From NCBI GenBank assembly GCA_937895435.1, contig CALAXT010000018.1:3216-67215 (forward strand): a stretch of DNA of 64,000 nucleotides. The letters run 5' to 3'. A program made the translations under genes and the position numbers. Below, in pieces: positions 53,084 through 64,000 of this stretch. The notes under the pieces are model-generated. The model did not search any database. It was not told the DNA's origin and worked only from the letters and a program-made list of their open reading frames with translations. Origin of the DNA: an uncultured Rhodobacteraceae bacterium. Lineage in GTDB: Bacteria > Pseudomonadota > Alphaproteobacteria > Rhodobacterales > Rhodobacteraceae. Each line of letters starts with the position of its first letter. Within the stretch, counting starts at the first letter, position 1.

Positions 53084-53623
53084 CTATCTATCGCTGCGAG
53101 ATAAGATGTTTTGCCCCAATGCTTCAAGGGCTGCGCGCAGGCTTTCATCGCCGACCGCTTGCGACAAATTGCGCGCCCGGGCACAGACCTCGGGGTTCGG
53201 GGGTTTGGGCGCTTTTGGGGCGGTGGCAAAGACTGCCTGTCCCTCGGCAAACCCAATTGGTGCCGTTTGGGTAATATGGATACGCGCCACCGCATTATAG
53301 CCGTAACAGGCGTTTACTTTGGCGCGAATAGTGGGCTTTTCCATTTGCAACAGCGGTGCAGTCGCACCTGTTGTCAGCAGCGTCAGCGTGGCCCCTAACC
53401 CATCGCGACCATATCCCATTTTCACGGGCCGGGCCATGCGCGCCACATCCTCACCGACGATCTCAGCCCACTGGGTCAAAAGCCGTGTGATGGCAAAGCC
53501 ACGCGTCTCACCAGCCAGCCGGATCGGTTCGCGCAAAAGTCCCGCGGCGGGCTCAAACCCGCGCATGCGGCGCTGCCCCCCAAGCGGGGGTTTTGATATG
53601 CCCTTTGATCCAGATTTTGACAC
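53084..53623 (-). CDS. DUF721 (DciA-like) protein
   Basis: 179 aa. ...GFAITRLLTQWAEIVGEDVARMARPVKMGYGRDGLGATLTLLTTGATAPLLQMEKPTIRAKVNACYGYNAV fits the DUF721 pattern. Divergent from mutY, as is common in alphaproteobacteria. Confidence 0.6.
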   Translation of the reverse strand: MSKSGSKGISKPPLGGQRRMRGFEPAAGLLREPIRLAGETRGFAITRLLTQWAEIVGEDVARMARPVKMGYGRDGLGATLTLLTTGATAPLLQMEKPTIRAKVNACYGYNAVARIHITQTAPIGFAEGQAVFATAPKAPKPPNPEVCARARNLSQAVGDESLRAALEALGQNILSRSDR

Positions 53624-53706
53624 GGCTTTTCATTCCCCTCTTCTTCCCTATTCTAAGCACCAACCGGCCAAAGACCAGCCCATAGGCCTGACAAAGGACA
53701 TAAAGA

Positions 53707-54822
53707 TTGCGTGACACCCCCAGCCAGACGCAGCCCGCCACGCCCGACGCTGCAACCCAGATCAGCGGGGCGCTTTTGGCGTGGTATGACCGCCATGCCC
53801 GCATCATGCCGTGGCGTGTCAGCCCTGCAGCCCGCCAGCAGGGCCAAACCCCCGACCCGTATCGTATTTGGCTGTCTGAAGTCATGCTGCAACAAACCAC
53901 GGTGGCAGCGGTGAAAAGCTATTTCCTGCGCTTTACCCAGCGCTGGCCAAACGTGGGTGATCTGGCAGCCGCCCAAGATGGCGATGTGATGGCCGAATGG
54001 GCGGGTCTGGGCTATTATGCCCGTGCCCGTAATCTGCTGCGCTGCGCGAGGGCGGTGGTGCAAAATCACGGCGGCGTCTTTCCCGCCGATCACGCAGCCC
54101 TTCTGCGGCTGCCGGGGGTTGGCCCCTATACTGCCGCTGCGGTTGGGGCGATTGCCTTTGATATTCCAGCAACCGTTGTTGACGGCAATGTTGAGCGCGT
54201 GATGGCCCGGCTTTTTGATGTGCAAACACCGCTGCCACGCGCCAAACCAGAATTGACAGCACATGCAGCCCGGCTGACGCCTCAGCTTAGACCCGGCGAT
54301 TATGCACAGGCCGTGATGGACCTGGGCGCCACAATCTGTACACCCAGAAAACCCGCCTGTGGCATCTGCCCGCTGATGGATGCCTGTCAGGCCCGCCATG
54401 CAGGCAGCGCCGAAACCCTGCCCCGAAAACTGGCCAAAACCACAAAGCCCACACGATTTGGCACAGTGTTCATCGCCCGGCGCAGCGATGGTGCGTGGCT
54501 GCTGGAACGCAGGCCCGGCCATGGGCTGTTGGGCGGCATGCTGGGCTGGCCCGGTGACGCTTGGGCCACAGATAGCACCCCATATGCCACCACAGCTGCA
54601 CCGCCAGCCCCTGTCGTTGCCAATTGGCAAAGCCTGAACACACAGGTGCGCCACACCTTTACACATTTTCATCTGGTGCTCAGCGTTCAGGTGGCCCATG
54701 TCAGCCCAGAGGCCACGCCAAAGATCGGATATTTTTTGCCCGCCACAGAGTTTCGCGCAAAAGATCTGCCCACAGTTATGCGCAAAGCCCATGCTTTGGC
54801 CGCAACCATATTGCAGCCATAA
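53707..54822 (+). CDS. mutY: A/G-specific adenine glycosylase MutY
   Basis: 371 aa (TTG start). LLAWYDRHARIMPWR, PYRIWLSEVMLQQTTV, GLGYYARARNL, LPGVGPYTAAAV. 4Fe-4S loop CTPRKPACGICPLMDAC. C-terminal NUDIX-like domain. Confidence 0.9.
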   Translation: MRDTPSQTQPATPDAATQISGALLAWYDRHARIMPWRVSPAARQQGQTPDPYRIWLSEVMLQQTTVAAVKSYFLRFTQRWPNVGDLAAAQDGDVMAEWAGLGYYARARNLLRCARAVVQNHGGVFPADHAALLRLPGVGPYTAAAVGAIAFDIPATVVDGNVERVMARLFDVQTPLPRAKPELTAHAARLTPQLRPGDYAQAVMDLGATICTPRKPACGICPLMDACQARHAGSAETLPRKLAKTTKPTRFGTVFIARRSDGAWLLERRPGHGLLGGMLGWPGDAWATDSTPYATTAAPPAPVVANWQSLNTQVRHTFTHFHLVLSVQVAHVSPEATPKIGYFLPATEFRAKDLPTVMRKAHALAATILQP

Positions 54823-54827
54823 AAAGA

Positions 54828-54852
54828 CCCCGCCATTGCAGAAATGGCGGGG
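54828..54852 (-). terminator. Intrinsic terminator downstream of ccrM
   Basis: 10-bp stem CCCCGCCATT-gcaga-AATGGCGGGG. On the minus strand it is followed by TCTTTTTAT, which overlaps the mutY stop. It lies between convergent mutY and ccrM. Confidence 0.65.
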
Positions 54853-54909
54853 CGCAGTGGTGCAGCCCGATCAAATCGGGCGCACGGGCGGTAAACTGTG
54901 AAAAATTGA

Positions 54910-56145
<1,236 letters not shown>

Positions 56146-56147
<2 letters not shown>

Positions 56148-56772
56148 AAGGATTTACATTATTTTCTTGATACAAGATATTGTGTACGGGTTTAAACGAA
56201 CGCCTATGATGTGGGGTCACACCCAGGGCTTTAAGCGCCTGCAGATGCGCCGCAGTGGGGTAGCCGGCATTTTTGGCCCAGCCATACCCCGGAAAGTGTT
56301 GCGCTAAATCCACCATGATATCGTCACGCACCACCTTGGCCAGGATCGACGCCGCCGCAATTGACAGGCTGCGGGCATCGCCCTTGACCACCGCTTGGGC
56401 CGAAATATCCAAACCACGCGGCAGCAAATTGCCATCAATCAACACATGATCAGGCGCCTGCGGCAGCGCGGCAATTGCGCGCAACATCGCCAAATGACTG
56501 GCGCGCAGAATATTCAAATCATCAATTTCAGCAACACTGGCGTGGGCCACAGCAACCTGTGCTGTCGCCCGAATCTCATCTGCCAGTGCCCGGCGACGAC
56601 TGTCAGACAGCTGTTTTGAATCACGCAAGCCATGCGGCACATTATCAGGGTTCAACCGCACCGCAGCCGCAGTAACAGGCCCCGCCAAAGGGCCCCGCCC
56701 AACCTCATCCACACCCACAACCCACTGCGCCCCATTGGCAAAAGCAGCCAGTTCAAAACTGAAATCTGGCAT
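56146..56772 (-). CDS. rnhB: Ribonuclease HII
   Basis: 208 aa. VVGVDEVGRGPLAGPV, LRDSKQLS, ...IDGN..., ...SIAAASILAKVVRD fit the RNase HII motifs. Confidence 0.9.
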
Positions 56773-56781
56773 CCCCTGGCC

Positions 56782-57864
56782 CTAGCGGCTGAGCCCACCG
56801 GGCAAGGTCGGCATATCCAACGCAGCAAAACCATAGTGTTTCAACCAACGCAGATCCGATTCAAAAAAGGCGCGCAGATCTGGAATGCCATATTTCAGCA
56901 TCGCAATACGGTCGATGCCCAACCCAAAAGCAAAGCCCTGCCATTTATCGGGGTCAACCCCGGCGGCTGCCAGCACCTTGGGGTGCACCATGCCGCTGCC
57001 CAAAATCTCCATCCAGCTGTCACCCTCACCGATTTTCAACTGGCCACCCTGCCATGAACAGCGGATATCCACCTCGGCCGAGGGTTCGGTAAATGGAAAA
57101 TGCGATGCGCGAAAGCGCAGTTCAACATGATCTACCTCAAAAAATGCGCGGCAGAATTCTTCAAGCACCCATTTCAGATTGGCCATCGATAGATCGCGAT
57201 CAATCGCCAGCCCTTCAACCTGATGAAACATGGGCGTGTGGGTCTGATCCATATCCATGCGATACACGCGGCCCGGCGCAATCACACGGATCGGCGCACC
57301 CTGCGCTTGCATCGCACGGATCTGCACTGGGCTGGTGTGGGTGCGCAACACATGCGGTGGCCGCGGATCAGCGGCATCACGGTGCAAAAAGAACGTATCA
57401 TGTTCTTGCCGGGCTGGATGTTCAGCAGGAATATTCAACGCATCAAAGTTGAACCAATCGCTTTCCACCTGTGGGCCTTCGGCCACTGCAAAGCCCATAT
57501 CGGCGAAAATCGCAGTCAGCTCATCCATAACCTGGCTGACCGGGTGGATCGTGCCCATCCGCCGAGGCCGACCAGGCAGCGATACATCCAACCACTCCGC
57601 CTGCAGCCGTTCATGCAACGCTGCATCGGCCATCGCGGCCTTGCGCGCCCGCAGTGCAGCATCCAGTTCATCTTTCAACGCGTTAAGCGCCGGGCCCGCT
57701 GTCTGACGCTCTTCTGGTGCCATGCGGCCCAACTCGCGCATCATCAGGCTTACCTCGCCCTTTTTGCCAAGAGCGGCCAGCCGGATTTCCTCCAACGCGG
57801 CCTCATCTGCCGCCGAAGCCACAGCCCCGATAAACCGAAGCCTCAGATCATCCAAACCCTGCAT
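56782..57864 (-). CDS. pheS: Phenylalanine--tRNA ligase alpha subunit PheS
   Basis: Class II aaRS motifs (...[11 protein letters not shown]..., ...[10 protein letters not shown]..., ...FHQVEGL..., ...[10 protein letters not shown]...[18 protein letters not shown]). ATG 57864 gives the usual ~30 aa before LGKKG. An alternative ATG at 57984 overlaps the upstream stop (TGATG). Confidence 0.9.
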   Translation of the reverse strand: MQGLDDLRLRFIGAVASAADEAALEEIRLAALGKKGEVSLMMRELGRMAPEERQTAGPALNALKDELDAALRARKAAMADAALHERLQAEWLDVSLPGRPRRMGTIHPVSQVMDELTAIFADMGFAVAEGPQVESDWFNFDALNIPAEHPARQEHDTFFLHRDAADPRPPHVLRTHTSPVQIRAMQAQGAPIRVIAPGRVYRMDMDQTHTPMFHQVEGLAIDRDLSMANLKWVLEEFCRAFFEVDHVELRFRASHFPFTEPSAEVDIRCSWQGGQLKIGEGDSWMEILGSGMVHPKVLAAAGVDPDKWQGFAFGLGIDRIAMLKYGIPDLRAFFESDLRWLKHYGFAALDMPTLPGGLSR

Positions 57865-57983
57865 ATCCGCCACCTGTTGCAATTGGGTCAGGGGGCTATC
57901 ACAAGAGCCTGTGTTGTCAAGCAGCAGCACCGCCCCCATCGGCGCGTCAGGCATCAGAAAGTCACGAGCAAGACAGTCGGGCA

Positions 57984-58784
57984 TCAAAAAATTGATTTGC
58001 GTCCACGCACCGTCAACATTTTGCGCGATTCCTGCACCACGCCGTTTTTTGATGAAATTGTCTTGGGCGGATCTTTCAGATGCTTTTCAACCACAACCAT
58101 AGAATCATAGAATTTCACTGACTCAACCTGACGGGCTGCCGGATGCAGCGGAAAGATCTCATCTTGGTCGGTATACCAGCTGTGCATCCGGTCAATCAGA
58201 TCTTTGGCAATTTCAATAAAGCTGCCACGCTGACGAAACCCACCACCAAATCCCGGCCAATAGCTGGTATGGGTGTCCTCCACCACATAAAGACCACGGT
58301 TTTTTACTGTGGGCCAAAGATGGCGCAAGCTTGTGGCCTGTTGATCCATTTTATGCCCGCCATCATCCACGATGATATCAAACGGCCCATATTTTTCGGC
58401 AACAGACTTCAGAAAAACCGGATCAGCCTGATCGCCAATCTCAACATGCACCCCTGGCCCAGCAAAGGCTTGGCACGCAGGATCGATATCCAAAAAAACC
58501 AAAGTGGAACCTGGGCCAAAAAACCCCTTCCACAAATCGATCGATCCACCTTTGAAAATGCCAATTTCCATAAAGGTCACATCGCGGCCCTGCCAGTCAC
58601 GCAAAAGATCGTGATAAACATCCAGATAATGATCCAGCTTCAACAGCATCCGATCATCTGTGCGTGTCAAATATGTCCGAAAATAATTGGGCCGTGCGGC
58701 GGCGTCAACAATCGCGGCTTGGGCAAGGGCGGGTTTTGCAGCGGGCGCAGGCGCAGGGCTGGATGCGGCGGACGGGTCTGACAA
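57984..58784 (-). CDS. Class I SAM-dependent methyltransferase (CmcI / rhamnosyl O-methyltransferase-like)
   Basis: ...[53 protein letters not shown]...[10 protein letters not shown]...[12 protein letters not shown] fits the Methyltransf_24/CmcI-type pattern. A TTG at 58784 has AGGAGG 5 nt upstream, whereas the track start TTG 58805 lies in the rplT terminator U-tract. Confidence 0.7.
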   Translation of the reverse strand: MSDPSAASSPAPAPAAKPALAQAAIVDAAARPNYFRTYLTRTDDRMLLKLDHYLDVYHDLLRDWQGRDVTFMEIGIFKGGSIDLWKGFFGPGSTLVFLDIDPACQAFAGPGVHVEIGDQADPVFLKSVAEKYGPFDIIVDDGGHKMDQQATSLRHLWPTVKNRGLYVVEDTHTSYWPGFGGGFRQRGSFIEIAKDLIDRMHSWYTDQDEIFPLHPAARQVESVKFYDSMVVVEKHLKDPPKTISSKNGVVQESRKMLTVRGRKSIF

Positions 58785-58800
58785 AGCGGCCTCCTGATCA

Positions 58801-58836
58801 AACAAAAGCCCACGCCTGCAAATGCAAGGCGCGGGC
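58801..58836 (-). terminator. Intrinsic terminator after rplT
   Basis: The minus strand reads GCCCGCGCC-ttgcatttgca-GGCGTGGGC (9-bp stem with one G.U) followed by TTTTGTTTG. It begins 29 nt after the rplT stop. Confidence 0.7.
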
Positions 58837-58864
58837 TTTCAAAGATCTAACACCCTAGGGTTGA

Positions 58865-59227
58865 TCAGGCAACAGCAGCTTTCGCCTGTGCCACAATCGC
58901 ACCAAAGGCCTCGGGCTCATTCACGGCCAGATCGGCCAGAACCTTGCGGTCAACCTCAATCCCGGCCTGCGCCAGCGCGTTGATAAAACGCGAATAGGTC
59001 ATCGCTGCATCAATTTCACGCACAGCAGCGTTGATCCGCTGGATCCACAGCGCGCGGAAATTACGCTTGCGCACCTTGCGGTCGCGCGTGGCGTATTGGT
59101 TGGCTTTGTCCACAGCCTGCGTCGCAGTGCGGAAATTGGTGCTGCGCGCGGCATAATAGCCAGCGGCGGCTTTGATCACCTTGCGGTGGCGAGCATGGGT
59201 AACGACCCCGGATTTAACGCGTGACAT
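58865..59227 (-). CDS. rplT: 50S ribosomal protein L20
   Basis: 120 aa. [29 protein letters not shown]...[21 protein letters not shown] is the L20 signature. Confidence 0.95.
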   Translation of the reverse strand: MSRVKSGVVTHARHRKVIKAAAGYYAARSTNFRTATQAVDKANQYATRDRKVRKRNFRALWIQRINAAVREIDAAMTYSRFINALAQAGIEVDRKVLADLAVNEPEAFGAIVAQAKAAVA

Positions 59228-59239
59228 TGTCGTGCCTCC

Positions 59240-59440
59240 TTAACGGTCGTAGGGCATGTATTTTTTGACGATCTTGGCATCCTGATCTGACAAGATCATC
59301 ATGCCACGCGCGTCGCGAATGAATTTCGGCGTGCGCTTGATCATTCCGTGCCGCTTGCCCGCAGGGCCGGACTTAACAAGCCCTGACGCTGTCATGGAAA
59401 AGCGCTTTTTGGCGCTTGATTTGGTCTTCATCTTGGGCAT
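59240..59440 (-). CDS. rpmI: 50S ribosomal protein L35
   Basis: [14 protein letters not shown]... AGGAG lies 6 nt upstream of ATG 59440; the track start at 59446 would add ME. Confidence 0.9.
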   Translation of the reverse strand: MPKMKTKSSAKKRFSMTASGLVKSGPAGKRHGMIKRTPKFIRDARGMMILSDQDAKIVKKYMPYDR

Positions 59441-59559
59441 TTCCATCTCCTCTTACGAGTGGTTGACGCGCGACTCGGCATGCCACTATAGGCCGGCCAC
59501 GCGGTAAGAAAGCGCCGTATAGGGCTCTGGGCCCTGCCTGACAAGCGAAAAAGCGCGCT

Positions 59560-61017
59560 CTATTCCGGCTCACTGCGGAAAATAAGACGTTCCTGACAGG
59601 GTGCCACACGCAGAATATTTGTGGTGCCGGGCACGTTAAAGGGCACACCAGCTGTCACAACAATCTGATCAGTTTCTTGGGCAAAGCCATAGGTCAAAGC
59701 CGCACGCACCGCACCCACCACGGCAGATTTAAACCGCCCAACCTCATCACCCACCACACAGTGCAGCCCCCAAGTCAGCGACAGGCGCCGGGCAGTCTGG
59801 TTGATTGGGGTTAAGGCCAGAATAGGCACGCGTGGCCGCTCACGCGCCACCAAACTGGCTGTTGTGCCAGATTGGGTATAGCAACAAATTGCCTTAATAT
59901 CAGTTGTCTCTGCAATTTCCCGCGCCGCAGCAACAATCCCATCGGCCACCGAACGCCGCACAGCCTTGCGTGAACTTTCGATCACCTCACGATAGGTGGG
60001 ATCATGCTCAACCGAGATTGCAACGTTGTTCATCGTCTGCACGGCTTCGACGGGGTAAGATCCTGCCGCAGATTCTGCCGACAACATCACTGCATCGGCA
60101 CCTTCATAAATCGCCGTCGCAACATCTGATACCTCAGCCCGGGTTGGGATGGGCGATTCAATCATGCTTTCCAACATTTGCGTGGCCACAATAACCGGCT
60201 TGGCCGCAGCCCTACAGGCACGCACCAAACGCTTTTGAATGGGCGGCACCGCATGAACCGGCAATTCGACACCCAAGTCTCCACGCGCCACCATAATCCC
60301 ATCCGAGGCTTCAAGGATTTCGGCAAAAGCAGTTACAGCGGCAGGTTTTTCAATTTTTGACATGATCGCAGCGCGCCCCTGCACCAAGGCACGCGCCTCG
60401 GTAACATCCTCGGCCCGCTGCACAAAAGAAAGTGCCAACCAATCAACGCCCAACTGACAGGCAAATTCCAGATCGCTCAGATCCTTTTCGGACAGCGCCG
60501 CCAAAGGCAGCACAACGTCGGGCACGTTCACACCCTTACGGTTGGAAATGGTGCCCCCCACCTCAACCCGGCAATTGGCAAAATCAGGGCCACAAGTCTC
60601 AACCCGCAGGCGGATCTTGCCATCATTCACCAAAAGTGAGGCCCCCGGCACAAGCGCAGCAAAAATTTCAGGGTGGGGCAAGCGCACACGTGTCGCATCC
60701 CCCTCAGCCGCATCCAAATCTAAGCGAAAGGTCTGGCCCTCGCTCAGTTCTTGGGCGCCCTCGGCAAATACACCCACCCGCAACTTTGGCCCCTGCAAAT
60801 CGGCCAAAATACAGATCGGCCGCCCCAAATCGGCTTCAACCTGGCGGATCTGGCCATGGCGGCGGGCAATATCATCTTGCGTGCCATGGCTCATATTTAA
60901 GCGAAACACATCCGCCCCAGCCTCAAACAAAGCACGGATCATTTCATAACTGTCTGAAGCCGGGCCAAGCGTGGCCACGATTTTCACATTGCGCAGGCGT
61001 CTCATCTTGCGTTTCAT
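59560..61017 (-). CDS. pyk: Pyruvate kinase
   Basis: ...RNVKIVATLGPAS..., NMSHG, ...DLQGPKLR..., ...MVARGDLGVE..., ...VATQMLESM. 485 aa (or 481 from ATG 61005). Confidence 0.95.
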   Translation of the reverse strand: MKRKMRRLRNVKIVATLGPASDSYEMIRALFEAGADVFRLNMSHGTQDDIARRHGQIRQVEADLGRPICILADLQGPKLRVGVFAEGAQELSEGQTFRLDLDAAEGDATRVRLPHPEIFAALVPGASLLVNDGKIRLRVETCGPDFANCRVEVGGTISNRKGVNVPDVVLPLAALSEKDLSDLEFACQLGVDWLALSFVQRAEDVTEARALVQGRAAIMSKIEKPAAVTAFAEILEASDGIMVARGDLGVELPVHAVPPIQKRLVRACRAAAKPVIVATQMLESMIESPIPTRAEVSDVATAIYEGADAVMLSAESAAGSYPVEAVQTMNNVAISVEHDPTYREVIESSRKAVRRSVADGIVAAAREIAETTDIKAICCYTQSGTTASLVARERPRVPILALTPINQTARRLSLTWGLHCVVGDEVGRFKSAVVGAVRAALTYGFAQETDQIVVTAGVPFNVPGTTNILRVAPCQERLIFRSEPE

Positions 61018-61133
61018 CCTCGCTGATGTACGTGTCTATATAATCTCTGGCCTTGTATGGCCGAAAATATGCCTTTGGGCAACATCCACCCGTTAGCGAT
61101 AACAAAAAACTAGCAAAGCCATGTGACACCACC

Positions 61134-61889
61134 ATGACCCATCCCGCATATGAAATCATTGGGGCCAACCGCCCTGGCCGTTGGCTGATCACCTGCGACC
61201 ATGCCAGCAACCATATTCCAAACTCGGTGGGTCTGGGCAGTCTTGGCATCAGCGCAGCCGACATGTCACGCCACATTGCATATGACCCAGGCGCTGCAGG
61301 CCTTGCCACAGCGCTCAGCGAACAGCTCAACAGCCCCGCCATTCTCAGCCAGTTCTCACGCCTGGTGATTGACCCAAACAGGGGCGAGGATGATCCAACC
61401 CTGATCATGCAGCTTTATGATGGCACCATCATACCCGCAAACCGCAATATTGACCCAACAGAAACCCAACGACGGCTCAACACCTTTCACCGCCCCTATC
61501 ATGCTGCCTTGGCCCAGCTTGCCGCCCGCAGATCAGATACCGTCATCTTGGCCATTCACAGCTTCACACCCTGCCTGCGCGGCCGCGCCCCACGCCCTTG
61601 GCATTTGGGAATTCTTTATGGAACCGACGCGCGCCTATCATGCGCATTGCTCGACGTGCTACAAAATGAACCCGATCTTTGTACGGGCGACAATGAGCCC
61701 TATCGCGGCCAATTACCCAATGATGCCATCGACCGACACGCCATCAGCGCCAACCGCCACAACACACTCATTGAACTGCGCAATGATCTGATCACAACAC
61801 CCACAGATCAAACCCTCTGGGCCACCCGCTTGGCCCCCCTGCTCACCCAAGCCCTTCACCAAGCCGAGCATTCACAACAGGAGCCCTGA
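61134..61889 (+). CDS. N-formylglutamate amidohydrolase-family protein
   Basis: Start at ATG 61134. ...RWLITCDHASNHIP..., ...SRLVIDPNRGEDD..., ...FHRPYHAAL..., ...LAIHSFTP fit the FGase family pattern. Confidence 0.75.
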   Translation: MTHPAYEIIGANRPGRWLITCDHASNHIPNSVGLGSLGISAADMSRHIAYDPGAAGLATALSEQLNSPAILSQFSRLVIDPNRGEDDPTLIMQLYDGTIIPANRNIDPTETQRRLNTFHRPYHAALAQLAARRSDTVILAIHSFTPCLRGRAPRPWHLGILYGTDARLSCALLDVLQNEPDLCTGDNEPYRGQLPNDAIDRHAISANRHNTLIELRNDLITTPTDQTLWATRLAPLLTQALHQAEHSQQEP

Positions 61890-61890
61890 T

Positions 61891-62205
61891 ATGGATGACA
61901 CCACCCGCACCGAAATCGAAGCCGCAACCTTTCGCGCGCTCATGCATCACCTGCTCGAAAAACGCCCCGATGTCCAAAACATCGACCTGATGACCCTCGC
62001 AGGCTTTTGCCGAAACTGCCTGTCGCGCTGGTATCAGGAAGCCGCAGAAACACGCGGCATCACCCTTTCCAAAGACGAAGCCCGCGAAATCGTCTACGCC
62101 ATGCCCTTTGCCGATTGGACAGAAAAACACCAACGCCCCGCAAGCGCTGACCAACAATCGGCTTTTGCAGCCGCTTTCAAAGAAAATGTTGGCAAGCCGA
62201 CCTGA
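61891..62205 (+). CDS. DUF1244 family protein
   Basis: 104 aa. ...AATFRALMHHLLEKRPDVQNIDLMTLAGFCRNCLSRWYQEAAE... is the conserved DUF1244 core. Confidence 0.75.
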   Translation: MDDTTRTEIEAATFRALMHHLLEKRPDVQNIDLMTLAGFCRNCLSRWYQEAAETRGITLSKDEAREIVYAMPFADWTEKHQRPASADQQSAFAAAFKENVGKPT

Positions 62206-62299
62206 GTCCCAGCGCCTCTTTCGTTCTTAAATATCCCCGCCGGAGGCCCTGCCGCGCAGCATTCCCTGCCACAGGGCCTCTCAACCCACAAAAGATCGG

Positions 62300-63175
62300 C
62301 TAAACAGCCTGCTTGCGCATTTCCTCAAGATAAACACGCCGCAGCTGCGTGGCCACAGGCCCGGGCTTACCCAACTGCGCCCCATCACCCAACTTCACCC
62401 CGTCAATCTGCACAACCGGCATGACAAACGCACTGGCCGAGGTCATGAACGCCTCATCCGCGCTCTGCGCCTCAGCGATGTCAAAGGCGCGCTCTTCCAC
62501 GATTAATTGGCACATTTCGGCCACCCGCAGCACGGCCTTGCGGGTGATCCCCGCCAGAATGTCATGGCCCAATTGCCGGGTGATAATCCGGCCATTCGCG
62601 ACGATATAGGCATTGTTTGATGTGCCTTCGGTCACAAAACCGTCTTGCACCATCCAAGCATCATCCGCCCCAGCCTTGCGTGCCATCATCTTTCCCATTG
62701 ATGGGTAAAGCAGCTGCACGGTCTTGATATCGCGGCGCGCCCAGCGTTGGTCTTCAATCGAAATCACGCTGATCCCAATATCCGCCTGCGGGCTTTGCGC
62801 CATTCCTGGCTTTGATTGCGTGAAAGCCACAATGGTCGAGGGCACCTCGGCCGGGTCTGGAAAGACGAAATCGCGGTCGCCAGGGGCGCCACGGGTGATT
62901 TGCAGATAGATCATTCCATCCACCAAACCATTGCGCGCCACCAATTCGCGGTGCATCACCAAAATTTCATCCGCAGTCATCGGCGCGGCCATATCCAACT
63001 CGGCCAGCGACCGTGCCAGCCGCGTCATATGCCCGTCAAAGTCGATCAGCTTGCCATCAAGCACGCTGGTCACCTCATAAACGGCATCAGCCATCAAAAA
63101 TCCACGATCAAACACCGACACCTTGGCGTCAGCTTCTGGGGTATAGGCGCCATTCACAAAAACAGTCCGGGTCAT
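62300..63175 (-). CDS. Class IV (D-amino-acid / branched-chain) aminotransferase
   Basis: Start at ATG 63175. MTRTVFVNGAYTPEADAKVSVFDRGFLMADAVYEV..., ...YLQITRGAPGDRDF..., ...EGTSNNAYIV..., ...ILAGITR fit fold-type IV PLP enzymes. Confidence 0.8.
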   Translation of the reverse strand: MTRTVFVNGAYTPEADAKVSVFDRGFLMADAVYEVTSVLDGKLIDFDGHMTRLARSLAELDMAAPMTADEILVMHRELVARNGLVDGMIYLQITRGAPGDRDFVFPDPAEVPSTIVAFTQSKPGMAQSPQADIGISVISIEDQRWARRDIKTVQLLYPSMGKMMARKAGADDAWMVQDGFVTEGTSNNAYIVANGRIITRQLGHDILAGITRKAVLRVAEMCQLIVEERAFDIAEAQSADEAFMTSASAFVMPVVQIDGVKLGDGAQLGKPGPVATQLRRVYLEEMRKQAV

Positions 63176-63199
63176 CCAAAGCGTCCTTAAATCCAAATA

Positions 63200-64000
63200 T
63201 CACAGGGGAATGTGGCCATCTTCGGCCAATTTTTGCAGCATCGGCGCCAGATCAGCCTCATAGCGTTGCCAGCTTTTGACAGAGCCAGACGACATTGGCT
63301 GGCGCACTTGATAAAGGCTCAACGTGTCAACCTTGCGGTTATTTTGATGAAAATTCAAACAGCTATCCTGCCATTCCAGCCCACAAGCCGCGATCAATCG
63401 GCGGGTCTGCACCTCGGGGTCGGCCACCAGATCCTCATATTGCACCTCATAAAACCACTCAGGCACTTCACGGCGCCAAAAATCAATCATGCTCACGAAT
63501 GTAGTGTAATAGGTCGCAAGTTCGCGCTGGTCATAGGCATAAAGATGCGTGCCGTCTGGGAACTTATTTTTGTACATTGACAGCAAATTATCACGCGGAT
63601 CACGGCGCACCACAATAAAACGGGCGTTTGGCATCGCCAGCTTCATCAGGCCGATCACCAGATAGGTCTGAATAGATTTATCTGTAACCCGCGGCGTATC
63701 GGGGCACCGTGCGCGCATCAGCGCCTGATATTCATGGCCCATGGCGGCGATGGCGGCTGCGGGCAACTCGGTGATCGCGTGGAAACCGCGCGCTTGTGGG
63801 TTGAGCAGCAAATTTTGGCCCAACCGCGTGCCCTCGCCCACCTCACCCGCGCCCGTTACATCAGAATGACTGGCAATGATCTGTTCAACCAAGGTCGTGC
63901 CCGACCGTGGCATGCCCGTGACAAAAATTGGTGCGTAATCGGTGGTGCCCGGAATGTGGGCCCCCTGCCAATCAAACCCAGCCATGGCTTTCTGCATCAT
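63200..64000 (-). CDS. Sulfotransferase-family protein (probably 5'-truncated by the window edge)
   Basis: PAPS-binding loop PIFVTGMPRSGTTLVEQI and ...FIVVRRDPRDNLLS. The frame is still open at base 64000, so the real start may lie outside the window. Confidence 0.7.
   Translation of the reverse strand: MMQKAMAGFDWQGAHIPGTTDYAPIFVTGMPRSGTTLVEQIIASHSDVTGAGEVGEGTRLGQNLLLNPQARGFHAITELPAAAIAAMGHEYQALMRARCPDTPRVTDKSIQTYLVIGLMKLAMPNARFIVVRRDPRDNLLSMYKNKFPDGTHLYAYDQRELATYYTTFVSMIDFWRREVPEWFYEVQYEDLVADPEVQTRRLIAACGLEWQDSCLNFHQNNRKVDTLSLYQVRQPMSSGSVKSWQRYEADLAPMLQKLAEDGHIPL

Noticed and set aside
53653-54792. A 379-aa minus-strand ORF antisense to mutY
   Set aside because: The MutY motifs (HhH, Fe-S loop) are on the plus strand. 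The antisense product is Cys/Gly/His-rich low-complexity sequence, so it is a shadow ORF.
57223-58110. A 295-aa plus-strand ORF antisense to pheS, with similar long antisense frames at 46600-47400 over pyrC' and 22635-23447 over flgK/flgJ
   Set aside because: The opposite strands encode clearly recognisable proteins. These frames have Arg/His/Gln-rich composition, no start context and no motifs.
62243-62280. A 9-bp inverted repeat GAGGCCCTG...CAGGGCCTC between the convergent DUF1244 and aminotransferase genes
   Set aside because: The loop is 20 nt and there is no U-tract on either strand. It may be a weak bidirectional terminator or a REP-like element, and is not otherwise informative.

Overview
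The window has two parts. Bases 1-36217 are one large flagellar gene supercluster of the sigma-54/FleQ-FleT, FlhF/FlhG, FlgT/FlgP type, resembling Rhodobacter sphaeroides fla1 and Vibrio/Pseudomonas polar systems. Gene order is fliF(partial)-fliE-fleT | fleQ | fliT-like, two unknown ORFs, fliS | an NHase-alpha/NHLP-like ORF coupled to a secreted Sel1-repeat (MotX-like) ORF | DUF2802-like, flgN?-flgM-flgA-flgT-flgP | flhA-flhF-flhG-fliA-orf137 | a 253-aa FlgE-like paralog, sltF, flgL-K-J-I-H-G, flgF-E-D-C-B | orf199-lipoprotein-fliD | a Cys-rich secreted ORF | fliL. Eight sigma-54 promoters (TGGCAC-N5-TTGC type) and two sigma-28-like promoters can be read directly in front of the operons, and they fix several start codons. 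The most unusual content is structural. FlgE is 1279 aa, with about 860 aa inserted where domain D2 sits. FlgK is 1416 aa. There is also a D2-less 253-aa FlgE paralog with its own sigma-54-like promoter. About eight small uncharacterised ORFs are embedded in the flagellar regulon. No fliC, fliG-J, fliK-R, flhB or motAB lies in the window. Bases 36218-64000 are ordinary alphaproteobacterial (probably Rhodobacterales) core genome: dppA-(M24 peptidase)-dppBCDF, an RTX-repeat protein, plsY-pyrC'-pyrB, UDG4-moaB, DsbD-N-like, yqgE, CoA-transferase, dsbA, DUF721/DciA-like, mutY, ccrM, rnhB, pheS, a CmcI-type methyltransferase inserted between rplT and pheS, rpmI-rplT, pyk, an FGase-family gene, DUF1244, a class IV aminotransferase and a partial sulfotransferase. 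I found no rRNA, tRNA, CRISPR array, IS element, integrase or prophage signature. All calls rest on motif reading by eye, with no database search, so family names are recollections to be confirmed by HMM or BLAST.
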